Source of the DNA: Candidatus Adlerbacteria bacterium GW2011_GWA1_54_10
GTDB lineage: Bacteria > Patescibacteriota > Minisyncoccia > Phycocordibacterales > SBAW01
Direction: 5' to 3'
NCBI GenBank assembly: GCA_001004665.1
Contig: LCRO01000002.1
Location: 27,060-91,059 of the forward strand
Length of the DNA: 64,000 nt
The position numbers were made by a program, and so were the translations under genes. The stretch's first letter is position 1. Each line of letters opens with the position of its first letter. Positions 37,752 to 47,156 of the stretch are shown piece by piece. The notes below the pieces were generated by a model, which made no database searches, was not told the origin of the DNA, and was given only the letters and a program-made list of their open reading frames with translations.

Positions 37752-39131
37752 ATGGCCGGAAGGAAAAGAGACGGACTGCGCTTGCCGCCGCAGACTATTG
37801 AATCCGAAAGGGCATTCCTTGGAGCGCTTATGATACGCGCAGAGGCCATGGCGGAGAGCGTAGACAGCATCTCGCCCGACGCCTTTTATGCCGAGAAGCA
37901 TCGCCTTATTTATCGCGCCATGTTCGGTCTCTTTAACAAGAGCGAGCCGGTGGACGTCGAGAGTGTGAGAGTAAAGCTGGCCGATGAGGGTCTGCTCGAA
38001 CAAGTGGGCGGAGTTGCGTATCTTGCCGAGCTTGCCGCTGACGTGCCGGCGGCAAGCAATGCCCGTTTTTACGCGGGGCAGGTGCAGAAAAAGCATATGC
38101 TCCGCTCGCTAATTGGCGCTGGAGAGTATGTTGCGGAGCTTGGGTACGACGAGGCGGGTGATCTGGACGAGACGCTCGATAAGGCCGAGAAGAGAGTATA
38201 CGAGGTGACCTCAACCCCGACATTGTCCAAATTTACCCCACTGCGGGAGTCGCTTAAAGAGGCGTGGGAGAGGCTCGAGCACCTGCAGGAGAACAAGGAG
38301 GAGATGCGTGGCGTGCGTACGGGCTTTAAGGATCTGGACACCCTGCTCGCCGGCCTGCAAAAATCGGACCTCGTTATCCTTGCCGCGCGTCCATCAATGG
38401 GAAAGACTGCGCTCGCGCTTGATATTGCGCGGCAGACCGCGGTGCAGTACGGCACGACCGTAGGCATCTTCTCCCTTGAAATGTCTTCACAGCAGTTAAT
38501 AGACCGCATGGTCGCCGCGCAGGCGCGCGTCAATTCGTGGCATCTGCGCACCGGCTCAATCCGTGACGAGGAGGACTGGTCGCGCATACGCGACGCCTAC
38601 GGCGTGCTCTCGCAGGCGCCGATATTCGTGGACGACGCACCCGGTTCCAACATACTTAAAATGCGCGCGGTCGCGCGGCGGCTCAAGCGCGAGCAGGGTC
38701 TTGGACTGCTTATAGTCGACTACCTTCAACTGATGGTTCCCACCGGAGCGCGCGCGAGCGACTCGCTTGTACAGCAGGTTACCGAGATATCCCGCGCCCT
38801 CAAGACGCTCGCACGCGAGCTCGATGTGCCTGTGCTCGCCCTCTCCCAGCTCTCGCGCGCTATAGAACAGCGCCGCGGCAAGCCGCGCCTCAGCGACCTG
38901 CGCGACAGCGGCTCCATCGAGCAGGACGCCGACGTGGTGATGTTCATCCACCGCGATGACAAATACAACGAAGACAGTGACCGACCCAATGTAGCCGAGA
39001 TACTTATAGAAAAACATCGCAACGGCCCCGTGGGCAAAATCGAGCTTTACTTTGACGAGAAGCGCACTACTTTTATGTCGCTAGAAAAATCCGACTTGAG
39101 CGCGTTTGATGTCGCAAATGAACCCAATTGA
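37752..39131 (+). CDS. dnaB: Replicative DNA helicase
   Basis: ARPSMGKT, DYLQL, LSQLSR, DLRDSGSIEQDAD, KHRNG. Confidence 0.97.
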   Translation: MAGRKRDGLRLPPQTIESERAFLGALMIRAEAMAESVDSISPDAFYAEKHRLIYRAMFGLFNKSEPVDVESVRVKLADEGLLEQVGGVAYLAELAADVPAASNARFYAGQVQKKHMLRSLIGAGEYVAELGYDEAGDLDETLDKAEKRVYEVTSTPTLSKFTPLRESLKEAWERLEHLQENKEEMRGVRTGFKDLDTLLAGLQKSDLVILAARPSMGKTALALDIARQTAVQYGTTVGIFSLEMSSQQLIDRMVAAQARVNSWHLRTGSIRDEEDWSRIRDAYGVLSQAPIFVDDAPGSNILKMRAVARRLKREQGLGLLIVDYLQLMVPTGARASDSLVQQVTEISRALKTLARELDVPVLALSQLSRAIEQRRGKPRLSDLRDSGSIEQDADVVMFIHRDDKYNEDSDRPNVAEILIEKHRNGPVGKIELYFDEKRTTFMSLEKSDLSAFDVANEPN

Positions 39132-39735
39132 CCGATTGGCTGAAGCTTTTGAGCGTTTTCCGGGAATAGGGCCGCGGCAGGCCGGGCGCTTTGTGCAGTA
39201 CCTGCTCCGGCAGAACCAAAGCTACCGGAGCACGCTCGCAGACTCCATTAAAAAATTGAGCGCGGAAACGGCGCAGTGCAATAAATGTTTTCGGTGGTTC
39301 GTAAAATCAGACGCAAAAAGAGATTTTTGCGATATTTGCGGTGACGCTCGCCGCGATGCTTCCCTGCTGTTTGTGGTCGAAAAGGATGCAGATATCGAAA
39401 ACGTGGAGAAAAGCGGATACAGAGGGCTTTATTTTGTATTGAGCGGCACCATTCCTCTTGCCAGCGAAGAGCCGCAAAAATTTATACGATTGGAGAAGCT
39501 CCTAGTCCGAGCAAATCATAGAAACCATAGAGGCGACGCCTCTATGAAATTGCAGGAAATTATTTTGGGGCTTTCGGCGACCGCCGAGGGCGATCACACG
39601 CGGCTCATTCTGCAGGAAAAATTGAAGAACGCCGGTCCCAAAATTTCTTCTCTCGGCCGCGGCCTCTCAACGGGCTCGGAACTTGAATATGCCGATCCTG
39701 ATACCATCGCGAGTGCGTTTGACTCTCGAAATTAA
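39118..39735 (+). CDS. recR: Recombination mediator RecR
   Basis: FPGIGPR HhH, C4 zinc finger, Toprim, GSELEYAD. Confidence 0.93.
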   Translation: MNPIDRLAEAFERFPGIGPRQAGRFVQYLLRQNQSYRSTLADSIKKLSAETAQCNKCFRWFVKSDAKRDFCDICGDARRDASLLFVVEKDADIENVEKSGYRGLYFVLSGTIPLASEEPQKFIRLEKLLVRANHRNHRGDASMKLQEIILGLSATAEGDHTRLILQEKLKNAGPKISSLGRGLSTGSELEYADPDTIASAFDSRN

Positions 39736-39739
39736 ATCT

Positions 39740-40078
39740 TTATGCCAATTTCGTTATTGTGACCTCGAAAAACGGCTGGCGGTGACCGCGCTTTTTAAAA
39801 TAATTCGACTTGGCCTTATATTTGATGACGGTGACTTTCTTGGCGCGGCTGATCTTTTTTATCTCGCCCGTGACTTTCGCCCCTTCCACATAGGGTTGCC
39901 CTATGGAAGTGTCTTTGCCGTTGTCGGTTAGGATAATCTTGTCAAAAACGACCGAATCCCCCACGCCACAGGCGTGTCCCGAGCTTGCTCGGGGGCGAAT
40001 CTTCTCAATTTTTATGGTGTCCCCTTCGGACACCATATATTGTTTTCCTCCTGTCTCTATTATCGCAAATTCCTTCAC
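39740..40078 (-). CDS. rplU: 50S ribosomal protein L21
   Basis: AIIETGGKQY, IGQPYV, GHRQ. Confidence 0.96.
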   Translation of the reverse strand: MKEFAIIETGGKQYMVSEGDTIKIEKIRPRASSGHACGVGDSVVFDKIILTDNGKDTSIGQPYVEGAKVTGEIKKISRAKKVTVIKYKAKSNYFKKRGHRQPFFEVTITKLA

Positions 40079-40093
40079 GCGGGATACTGTAGC

Positions 40094-41089
40094 CTATTCT
40101 TTAGACTCGAGCAAGGGCTTTTCAACCGTCTCAAGCCGTAGGTCCATGGACTCCTCGGTGATCCTTACCACATCCTTGTCTATCGCGCGGAACGCCTTGC
40201 CTGACTTTTCGAAATGCCCAACTGCGGCGCTAAGTGACTTACCAAGCGCGTTGTGAGAATCCTGATAGGAAGCAAGGTCCTTGGCGAGATGGGCGACGTT
40301 CTTCATTATGTCCTTCGCCGCTTCTTGTATCTTCATCCGCTGATTGCCGAATAAAATTGTTTTTAGGTACGCGAGAAATGTCGTCGGCGAGGCGATTATG
40401 ACGCTCTTTTGGCGGTACGCATAGTCGATAAGGTCCCGCGCATTGACTCCAATACCCACGTCGTTATTCAAAAGATCGTAATAAATGCCCTCTGCAGGAA
40501 TAAACATGAAGGCGAACGGCAGGGTACCCTCTTCGGGGCGTATGTACTTGGAGCACTCGTCAATGCGTTTTTTGACGTCGCTCTTAAAGTCTTTGCGGTA
40601 TTGCTCTTTGCGCAGGTCGTCCAGCTCGTCTACCAGCCGCAAGTAATTTTCCAGAGGAAATTTTGCATCGACCGGCACAAGTCCTTCGGGCGTTCGTATA
40701 ATAAAATCCACTTTCTCCCCGTCCTTAAACATATATTGCGGCTCATACTGCCCCGGAAGCACGTTGGAAAGTATGAGCTCGAGCGACGCCTCGCCAAGAT
40801 TGCCGCGCTGTTTTTGATTTTTCAATACCCTTTCGAGGTTGCTTAGCTGCTCGGCGACAGTGAGCACTTGCTTCGTGGACTCCTTGGTTTCGGACACGCC
40901 GCGCACTACTTCGAGTAGCTTGGCGTCAACCGAGTCGGTGAGCTGTTTGAACTGATTCTGCAGGAGCATAAAACCCTGCATGTCGGGCGGCGGAGGCAAG
41001 GCGGACGCGATGCTTTTACGCCAAAGCAAAAAAACCATCGCCATGTTCCCAAGGACGAGCAATATCAGCAGGATAACGAACCAATCCAT
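40094..41089 (-). CDS. rmuC: RmuC family DNA recombination protein
   Basis: N-terminal TM, RGNLGE, VDAKFP, MFIPAE, SPTT. Confidence 0.9.
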   Translation of the reverse strand: MDWFVILLILLVLGNMAMVFLLWRKSIASALPPPPDMQGFMLLQNQFKQLTDSVDAKLLEVVRGVSETKESTKQVLTVAEQLSNLERVLKNQKQRGNLGEASLELILSNVLPGQYEPQYMFKDGEKVDFIIRTPEGLVPVDAKFPLENYLRLVDELDDLRKEQYRKDFKSDVKKRIDECSKYIRPEEGTLPFAFMFIPAEGIYYDLLNNDVGIGVNARDLIDYAYRQKSVIIASPTTFLAYLKTILFGNQRMKIQEAAKDIMKNVAHLAKDLASYQDSHNALGKSLSAAVGHFEKSGKAFRAIDKDVVRITEESMDLRLETVEKPLLESKE

Positions 41090-41103
41090 GCTAATATCAT
41101 TGC

Positions 41104-41556
41104 ATGACGAAAGAAGAATTGAAAGAAGCCATGAAGGACGCGATGAAGAAGAAAGAGCCGGTCAAGCTTAATGTGATACGCGGATTGCTTGCGGCAATTA
41201 CCAACGAGGCCATATCCAAGGGCCGCGGGCCGGAGGGGGCCTTGAGCGAGGAGGAGACGATGACGGTGCTCGCCCGAGCGGCGCGCCAGCGCAGAGACTC
41301 CATAGAACAGTTCGAGAAGGGCGGCCGCCCCGAGCTCGCCGCGTCGGAAAAGGAGGAGCTTTTAATAATCGAACGCATACTCCCCGCGCAAATGCCGCGC
41401 GAGGAGATAGAAAAAATTGCCCGAGCAAAAGCCGCCGAGCTTGGCATAAGCGATAAAACCGGCTCGGGGAAGCTAATGAGTGCCTTGATGAAAGACCTTA
41501 AAGGAAAGGCCGACGGCGCTGTAGTTAAGGAAATTGTGGATAGCCTATTTGTTTGA
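41104..41556 (+). CDS. GatB/YqeY domain protein
   Basis: MKDAMK, QRRDSIEQF..GGR, LPAQM, KGKADG. Confidence 0.9.
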   Translation: MTKEELKEAMKDAMKKKEPVKLNVIRGLLAAITNEAISKGRGPEGALSEEETMTVLARAARQRRDSIEQFEKGGRPELAASEKEELLIIERILPAQMPREEIEKIARAKAAELGISDKTGSGKLMSALMKDLKGKADGAVVKEIVDSLFV

Positions 41557-42138
41557 CCTATAGACAAAACGCCAAGGTTTGCCGGTCCACACTCCCCGGT
41601 TCGGAATTCCGATCCGGGGAGTTCTTTTTATCTCCTTCCGATATATTCTAACTCCCCTGTCTTCGACCCACAGACCCGTCTTCTTGCCTAGTGCTTTGCC
41701 ATTGAGACTCTTGTCTATGCCAAGCGCTTTGGTGAGCTTTGCCGGACCATTGAGCTCCGCAGAAGTCCTCCGCTCCGGAGAGATGAACACGACCCCTACT
41801 CCTCCGCGGAGGACTTCTGCTTTGCTTATTACTCCACGTATCAAGACTGCTGCTGGGAACCCTTCCCTACCGCATACGAGGTTCAGCATCCAGTGCATGC
41901 CGTAGGTAAAATAAACGTAAATGATGCCTCCGCGCATAAACATCGGGGTATTGCGCGCCGTCTGTCCGCGATGGGCGTGCGAGCCCTTATCCTCAAAACC
42001 AAAATAGGCCTCGGTTTCAGTTATCATGAGCGCCTCCTCGCGCCCGTTCATTCTTCTTACCAAGTATTTTCCCAGCAAATCACGTGCGGCAACAAGTGCC
42101 GGCCGCTCAAAAAATTCCGAACCCAATATTTTCCGCAT
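41545..42138 (-). CDS. 3-methyladenine DNA glycosylase (MPG)
   Basis: LLGKYL, ETEAY, YVYFTYGMH, AVLIRG, GPAKL, PRIG, PWRF; start at 42138. Confidence 0.92.
   Translation of the reverse strand: MRKILGSEFFERPALVAARDLLGKYLVRRMNGREEALMITETEAYFGFEDKGSHAHRGQTARNTPMFMRGGIIYVYFTYGMHWMLNLVCGREGFPAAVLIRGVISKAEVLRGGVGVVFISPERRTSAELNGPAKLTKALGIDKSLNGKALGKKTGLWVEDRGVRIYRKEIKRTPRIGIPNRGVWTGKPWRFVYRSNK
41759..41820 (-). mobile_element. MITE-like 62-bp element, copy 2, in frame within mpg
   Basis: 15-bp perfect TIR gcagaagtcctccgc; core identical to 18327-18362. Confidence 0.78.
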
Positions 42139-42140
42139 TG

Positions 42141-42212
42141 TGACCCCGAGGGAAGTCGAATCCCTGTTTTCGCCGTGAGAGGGCGACGTCCTAACCACTA
42201 GACGACGGGGCC
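42141..42212 (-). tRNA. tRNA-Glu(CTC)
   Basis: GGCCCCG/CGGGGTC-A acceptor, TCGCC-CT-CTC-AC-GGCGA anticodon arm, TTCGA loop; CCA not encoded. Confidence 0.92.
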
Positions 42213-42234
42213 GCCGAATTACATTATCAAAAAG

Positions 42235-43542
42235 TTATCTTTTCTTCCACTCCGCATCCTGACGCACCAGAAGCTCGCCGGCGCGGGAGGGGTCGGCCAT
42301 TATCTCCTCGACAACGCGCTCCATGCGCATGGACTGCGATCCCTTGACTAAGACACAGTCCCCTGCCTGCAATAAATTTTGAAGTTCACCTCCCGCCTTT
42401 TGCGAATCCTCGTATTGCAGGATGTCCGCGTCCCCGAGCCCGGCATCAAGCGCACCCTGTGCTATGTCACGGGCGCGGAATCCGACCGTCGCAAGAATGC
42501 CGCAGGTCTTCGCGGCATGCGCGCCTACTTTGCGATGCTCCTCGACGCTGTGGCGTCCGAGTTCAAGCATGTCGCCGAGCACGGCTATCTTCCGGCCTTT
42601 AAGAAGTGCGAGCGTATCGAGCGCCGCCACAACCGCGGCTGGCGAAGAATTATATGTGTCATCAATTATCAGCGTTTCCTTGACCCCGCGCAGGAGTCGC
42701 ATGCGCCCCGGCGGCGCCTCGTAATTTTTTAGTCCCTCGGCTATCGTCTCCATATCTTTGTCTAGAGCATTTCCAATGGCGGCTGCGGCAAGCAGTGGAA
42801 GGGACGCATGCAGGCCCACCGTACCCACTATCTCGACCGGCAGGGATTCGCCGCCTATGTGCACTTTGCCCGTCATACCGACCGGAAGGTTTGCTCTCCC
42901 TGAAGACTCTTCGAATAAAATTTCGAAATCTTCACCACGCACGTCGTTCCCATCCTTAAACCCGAATGTCAGGATTTTTGCGTCGGGCGCAGGGAGGCGA
43001 TGCTCCAGCGCGCGCGTGCGCTCATCGTCGCCGTATAAGATAAGCGTACCGCCCGGCTTAACGGCATCTATTATAGAGGCCTTCTCCTCCATTAGTTGCT
43101 CCGGCGAGTCAAAATATTCTACATGCACCGGTATTTCGGGAAGCCGTGTAATAACGGCAATGTCCACGGAAAGCCAGCCCGCAAGAGAGCGGATGTCACC
43201 GGGGCGGTCGGCGCCGGCCTCGAGCACCATCCACTCCGGATAGCGACTATCGAAGGCAAGCAGAAAAAAGCCGTCGATAATATTGCGCAGCCAGCCGAGC
43301 GGATTTTGCCACGCGTTCGGCACACCGAGTATAGTCAAAGGAAGTCCGACTTCGCTGTTAAAACTTTTTTCGCTCTTACGCACATGGTGCCCGCGCGAGA
43401 GTACGGAGTATATCGCGTCTTTGGCAGACGTCTTTCCAACGCTGCCGGTGACAACGACGACCTTCGGGCGGTATTTTTTAAGCACCGCACGAGCTTCCGC
43501 CGTCAGGATCGAAACGATTATTTTTTTGAAGATTGTGCGCAT
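42235..43542 (-). CDS. murF: UDP-MurNAc-tripeptide--D-Ala-D-Ala ligase
   Basis: TGSVGKT, SFNSEVGLP, DDTYNSSP, LGDMLELG, VKGS. Confidence 0.93.
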   Translation of the reverse strand: MRTIFKKIIVSILTAEARAVLKKYRPKVVVVTGSVGKTSAKDAIYSVLSRGHHVRKSEKSFNSEVGLPLTILGVPNAWQNPLGWLRNIIDGFFLLAFDSRYPEWMVLEAGADRPGDIRSLAGWLSVDIAVITRLPEIPVHVEYFDSPEQLMEEKASIIDAVKPGGTLILYGDDERTRALEHRLPAPDAKILTFGFKDGNDVRGEDFEILFEESSGRANLPVGMTGKVHIGGESLPVEIVGTVGLHASLPLLAAAAIGNALDKDMETIAEGLKNYEAPPGRMRLLRGVKETLIIDDTYNSSPAAVVAALDTLALLKGRKIAVLGDMLELGRHSVEEHRKVGAHAAKTCGILATVGFRARDIAQGALDAGLGDADILQYEDSQKAGGELQNLLQAGDCVLVKGSQSMRMERVVEEIMADPSRAGELLVRQDAEWKKR

Positions 43543-45104
43543 CAGCGGTCTGGGGGTATGTCATAATAGTTTATCAAAAATTGGGTCAGGGATTTGAAAG
43601 GCAGTGCCCAGGTTTGCGAGCTGAATGACGCCCCACGCGGCTCCGCCGCTAAGAGGAAAACTACGAACCTAGCGTCAAAGCTCGGGAAGTAGCCGAAAAA
43701 GCTGTGCAGATAGCGGTCCTCATAATATCCGCCATCCGGGCTCGCCATCTGGGCGGTACCGGTCTTGGCGGCAACGCTCCAGTGCCGCAGTTTAACGGCA
43801 CCGTTCGCAAGCGGCCCGTCAACCACCTTGGTAAGCATGCGGCTTATTGTGACACTCGTCTCTTGCTTCAGCACCCGCTCCGGCTCGCCCCAGCCAAGCT
43901 CGCGTACTAGGCCACTTTCCTCCTCGACCGCCTTGACAACGTGCGGCACGACCAGCTTGCCGCCGTTCGCCAAGGTCGCAAACGCTCTTGCCATCTCTAT
44001 GGGCGTAGTCGCTATGCCCTGCCCGAATGACGCCGTGGCATACTCGACCTGTCTCGGGCTTTGCAAATTTTCCGTAAGCCCGCGCACCTCGCCGGGTAGG
44101 TCTATACCCGTTTCCTGACCAAGCTTGTATCGCTCGAGAAAATATTCCCGCATTTTCTCAGCGCCAAGCTTGCCCGCCACGTGCGCCGCGCCCACATTGA
44201 GAGACTGGCTCAAGATCTCCTGCATGGGTACGGTGCCGCGCGCCTTGCCGTCGAAGTTCGAGAATGTCTTTCCATCCATGGTTACCGAGCCGGTGTCGTT
44301 GTAAGTGCTGTCCTCGTTTACTGCGCCGGCGTCGAAACCCGCGGCCATCGTAAGAGGTTTCATTATGGAGCCCATCTCGTAAACATTCTCGACCATGGGG
44401 TTGCCGAAAACGCGCGCGTCCTTCTCTTTGTTAAACTCATTCGGACTGAAGGCCGGCAAAGCGGCCATAGCGATTATCTCGCCTGTGTTCGGATCCATGA
44501 CGATGCCGCCCGCAAGCGCTGGATGCCAGCTTTCGGCATATGCTTCCAAAGTGCGCTCCAGCTCCGCCTGCACCACGGGCTCTATCGTAGTTATGAGATC
44601 TCCTTTTTGCGGAGCGCCGCGCAGGGCGTTTGATACTCCGCCGAAAAGCTCCACGAAAAAATTCGCATACAAGCCGCCCTCCGGTCGCGAGAGAGTCTGC
44701 TCGTAATATCGTTCGAGCCCGTAGCGCCCCTTCTGCACGGAGTCGTTGTTGTACGCGACGAAGCCGAGCACGTGCGCCGCCAGCCATCCTCCAGGATAAT
44801 AACGCTGGCCGGGCGCGCTGCTGGTAGAATTGTCCTGTACTTGCGCGGGCGGGCTAAGAGTCGCCGCCAGAATTCGCTCGCCGTCCTTTCCGGAAAAATA
44901 AATGGACCCGCGGTTGAGCAGAGGGTCCTTGGTTACGACGGCCTGCGCCTGCGCGCGCCGCGCGTACTCCTCGCCATGGATGACCTGCAGATAATACAGC
45001 CTGCCCGCCATTATCAGCGCGGCAATGCACAGCAGGAGAGCCAGCGCCCTGACCCGCAGGACAAAGCGGTCAGAGCCCGAGCGATAGAACACTCTGTGAT
45101 ACAT
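43542..45104 (-). CDS. ftsI: Class B penicillin-binding protein (FtsI-like)
   Basis: GSIMK, SLN, KTG; mraZ-rsmH-ftsL-ftsI order. Confidence 0.88.
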   Translation of the reverse strand: MYHRVFYRSGSDRFVLRVRALALLLCIAALIMAGRLYYLQVIHGEEYARRAQAQAVVTKDPLLNRGSIYFSGKDGERILAATLSPPAQVQDNSTSSAPGQRYYPGGWLAAHVLGFVAYNNDSVQKGRYGLERYYEQTLSRPEGGLYANFFVELFGGVSNALRGAPQKGDLITTIEPVVQAELERTLEAYAESWHPALAGGIVMDPNTGEIIAMAALPAFSPNEFNKEKDARVFGNPMVENVYEMGSIMKPLTMAAGFDAGAVNEDSTYNDTGSVTMDGKTFSNFDGKARGTVPMQEILSQSLNVGAAHVAGKLGAEKMREYFLERYKLGQETGIDLPGEVRGLTENLQSPRQVEYATASFGQGIATTPIEMARAFATLANGGKLVVPHVVKAVEEESGLVRELGWGEPERVLKQETSVTISRMLTKVVDGPLANGAVKLRHWSVAAKTGTAQMASPDGGYYEDRYLHSFFGYFPSFDARFVVFLLAAEPRGASFSSQTWALPFKSLTQFLINYYDIPPDR

Positions 45105-45375
45105 ATATGACTGTGGTTGCCGAAGGCTCTACGAGGCCGAGTTCTGTCCCGCGTCGGGGCGTAAGGGTTTTTTGGAGGGCAAGGCGCTCGCCCTCGAGTG
45201 CACTAACCTGCCCGGAGAGCGCCCACACCTGCCTTTCGGCCGTGCTTGCCTGTGCGGCGTTCGATACGGCAAGTAAAAGCAGTACGCCGTAAAGGAACAC
45301 CATTATTGCGCATATTACACCGATATACGCTATCAGCCTGCTGGTGTATCTATCATAAATTGCTAATGTATGCAT
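45070..45375 (-). CDS. Probable FtsL-like cell division protein
   Basis: Single TM plus coiled coil ending LGLVEP; lies between rsmH and ftsI. Confidence 0.6.
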   Translation of the reverse strand: MHTLAIYDRYTSRLIAYIGVICAIMVFLYGVLLLLAVSNAAQASTAERQVWALSGQVSALEGERLALQKTLTPRRGTELGLVEPSATTVIYVSQSVLSLGL

Positions 45376-46313
45376 ATTTTTTCTATGGCACGGAGCTTCG
45401 CACTGCGGGAGGACGGATTTTCTTTGACCTCTTGGGCGGATGGCGCGAGCGGCTTTTTGTACAGCAGACGGGCCGAGGTGTTTGCGGACATCCGATGTCC
45501 GCAAAACTCGCGGAAAAGATTTTTTACCGCTCGGTCCTCGATGCTGTGGAAGGTTATGACCGCGATGCGCCCGCCGCAGTCAAGGCTCTTCCACGCCGCG
45601 CGCAGGCCCTGCTCCAAAACCCGGGGTTCATCGTTGACAGCTATGCGCAGTGCCTGAAAGGTTTTAGTCGCGGGATTAAGGCGCGAGCGGCGATAACGCG
45701 GCGGCACGGCTCCCTGCACTGCTCCCACAAGATCGAATGTCGTAGCAAAAGGCTTTTGCGCGCGGCGCGCGGCGATGGCCCTTGCTATAATTCGCGCGTA
45801 GCGCTCCTCCCCATAGCCGTAAAGCGCGTCCGCTATTGCTTTCTCGCTCCATCTATTCAAAATGTCTTTGGCAAAAAATCCGGAGCGCGGTTTCTGCCCG
45901 TAGCTCATGAGCAGAGGCTCGTCACGCATAAAGGAAAACCCTCGGCCCGCCATAAGCTGACCGCGGTTCCACCCCAGATCAAAAACTATCTTATTTATTT
46001 TGCCGATGCCGAGCTTTTTGAGGATTTTTTGGAGGTCGGCGAAATTGGCCGTGATATCCGCTCGGGCCGAGCGATCGGCGTCTATAGAAACGACCCTCGC
46101 GCCCGACTTTTTAAGCGCCGCCGTATATCCGCCCTGTCCGTATGTCGCGTCGATAACGGTCTCGCCCTTTTCCGGAGCGAGCGCATTCAGAACTTCCTTG
46201 ATCATGACCGGCACGTGCGCTTGTTTCTGGCCGCGAACAGGAGCTCCCTCCTCTCGAGCGGAAAGCCCCCGCGCACGAACAGAAACAAAAGAGCGGGCCA
46301 TCGTCATTTCCAT
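45363..46313 (-). CDS. rsmH: 16S rRNA m4C1402 methyltransferase
   Basis: HVPVM, DATYG.GG, RGFSF, TFQALRIAVN, FHSIED, SRSAKLR; start uncertain. Confidence 0.95.
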   Translation of the reverse strand: MEMTMARSFVSVRARGLSAREEGAPVRGQKQAHVPVMIKEVLNALAPEKGETVIDATYGQGGYTAALKKSGARVVSIDADRSARADITANFADLQKILKKLGIGKINKIVFDLGWNRGQLMAGRGFSFMRDEPLLMSYGQKPRSGFFAKDILNRWSEKAIADALYGYGEERYARIIARAIAARRAQKPFATTFDLVGAVQGAVPPRYRRSRLNPATKTFQALRIAVNDEPRVLEQGLRAAWKSLDCGGRIAVITFHSIEDRAVKNLFREFCGHRMSANTSARLLYKKPLAPSAQEVKENPSSRSAKLRAIEKICIH

Positions 46314-46316
46314 AAA

Positions 46317-46751
46317 TTAAAGAATTCCAAGGTCGCCAAGCGTCTGCGCCATTCCCTCGGCGCCGCGCTCGATGCGACTCTTGTACTCCTTCCAAGTCTT
46401 TTCGTCCCAGATCTCGACCCTATCTGAGACTCCGCAAAGCACTACGCTTCCCTTGAGACGCGCGAACTCTTTAAGGAAATCCGGCACGAGTATACGCCCG
46501 GCGCCGTCGACCGGCTGTTCGACCGCACCCGCCAAGAGGAAGCGGCTCATCCCGCGCGTGTCGGCGCCGCCCACCGGCAAATTGGCGACCTTCTCCGCGA
46601 TCCTCTCCCATGCCTTCTGCGGAAACATAAACAGGCATGAGTCGAGCCCGCGGGTTATCACCACCTTTCTGCCGACTTCCTTGCGGAATTTTGCCGGCAA
46701 AGAAAGTCGTTTTTTGCTGTCCAGAGTATGTCTGTATTCGCCAATGAGCAT
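46317..46751 (-). CDS. mraZ: Transcriptional regulator MraZ
   Basis: LDSKKRLSLP, DGAGRILVP, EIW. Confidence 0.95.
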   Translation of the reverse strand: MLIGEYRHTLDSKKRLSLPAKFRKEVGRKVVITRGLDSCLFMFPQKAWERIAEKVANLPVGGADTRGMSRFLLAGAVEQPVDGAGRILVPDFLKEFARLKGSVVLCGVSDRVEIWDEKTWKEYKSRIERGAEGMAQTLGDLGIL

Positions 46752-46767
46752 GTTTGTCCGGCAGGTA

Positions 46768-46813
46768 TTCCACTTTGTCCCACCCGTTGGGATTATACTG
46801 CACTTTCTCCCAC
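46768..46813 (-). promoter_or_regulatory. MraZ-binding repeats flanking the dcw -10 box
   Basis: Minus strand GTGGGAGAAAGTG-CAG-TATAAT...GTGGGACAAAGTGG; a TTATCCACA box lies nearby at 46827-46835. Confidence 0.75.
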
Positions 46814-46857
46814 CAGATACCTATTCTTATCCACAGCCACATGAATATTTTATGAGC

Positions 46858-46886
46858 TTGACAAATAACTATTTTCGATATATAAT
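46858..46886 (+). promoter_or_regulatory. Perfect sigma70 consensus promoter
   Basis: TTGACA-17 nt-TATAAT. Confidence 0.85.
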
Positions 46887-46936
46887 TGTTAAAGACAGGG
46901 AGGGTCAGACACTAATCCAAATCATGAGGTGTGGCC

Positions 46937-47110
46937 ATGACTCTGAAGCAATTCCTTAAAATCGCTCCGGGCAATCTAAAGCGTTTTTGGGTGGAGCTTA
47001 ATCATCTCCCCCCACACGATTACCATACGGTACTCGTGTGCGCGCTCGGTGCGACACTGGTGATTGTGGTTCTTTTGACGCTCCATGGAATCGCCACAAT
47101 CGAACAGTAG
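46937..47110 (+). CDS. 57-aa single-TM small protein (below the track cutoff)
   Basis: MTLKQFLKIAPGNLKRFWVELNHLPPHDYHTVLVCALGATLVIVVLLTLHGIATIEQ; GAGGTG SD, own promoter and terminator. Confidence 0.65.
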   Translation: MTLKQFLKIAPGNLKRFWVELNHLPPHDYHTVLVCALGATLVIVVLLTLHGIATIEQ

Positions 47111-47111
47111 G

Positions 47112-47148
47112 AAAAGGGCGCCCGCGGAAACATCCGGGGGCGCTTTTT
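47112..47148. terminator. Probably bidirectional terminator between the small ORF and lysS
   Basis: aaaagggcgcccgcgga...tccgggggcgcttttt. Confidence 0.65.
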
Positions 47149-47156
47149 AATTTTGT

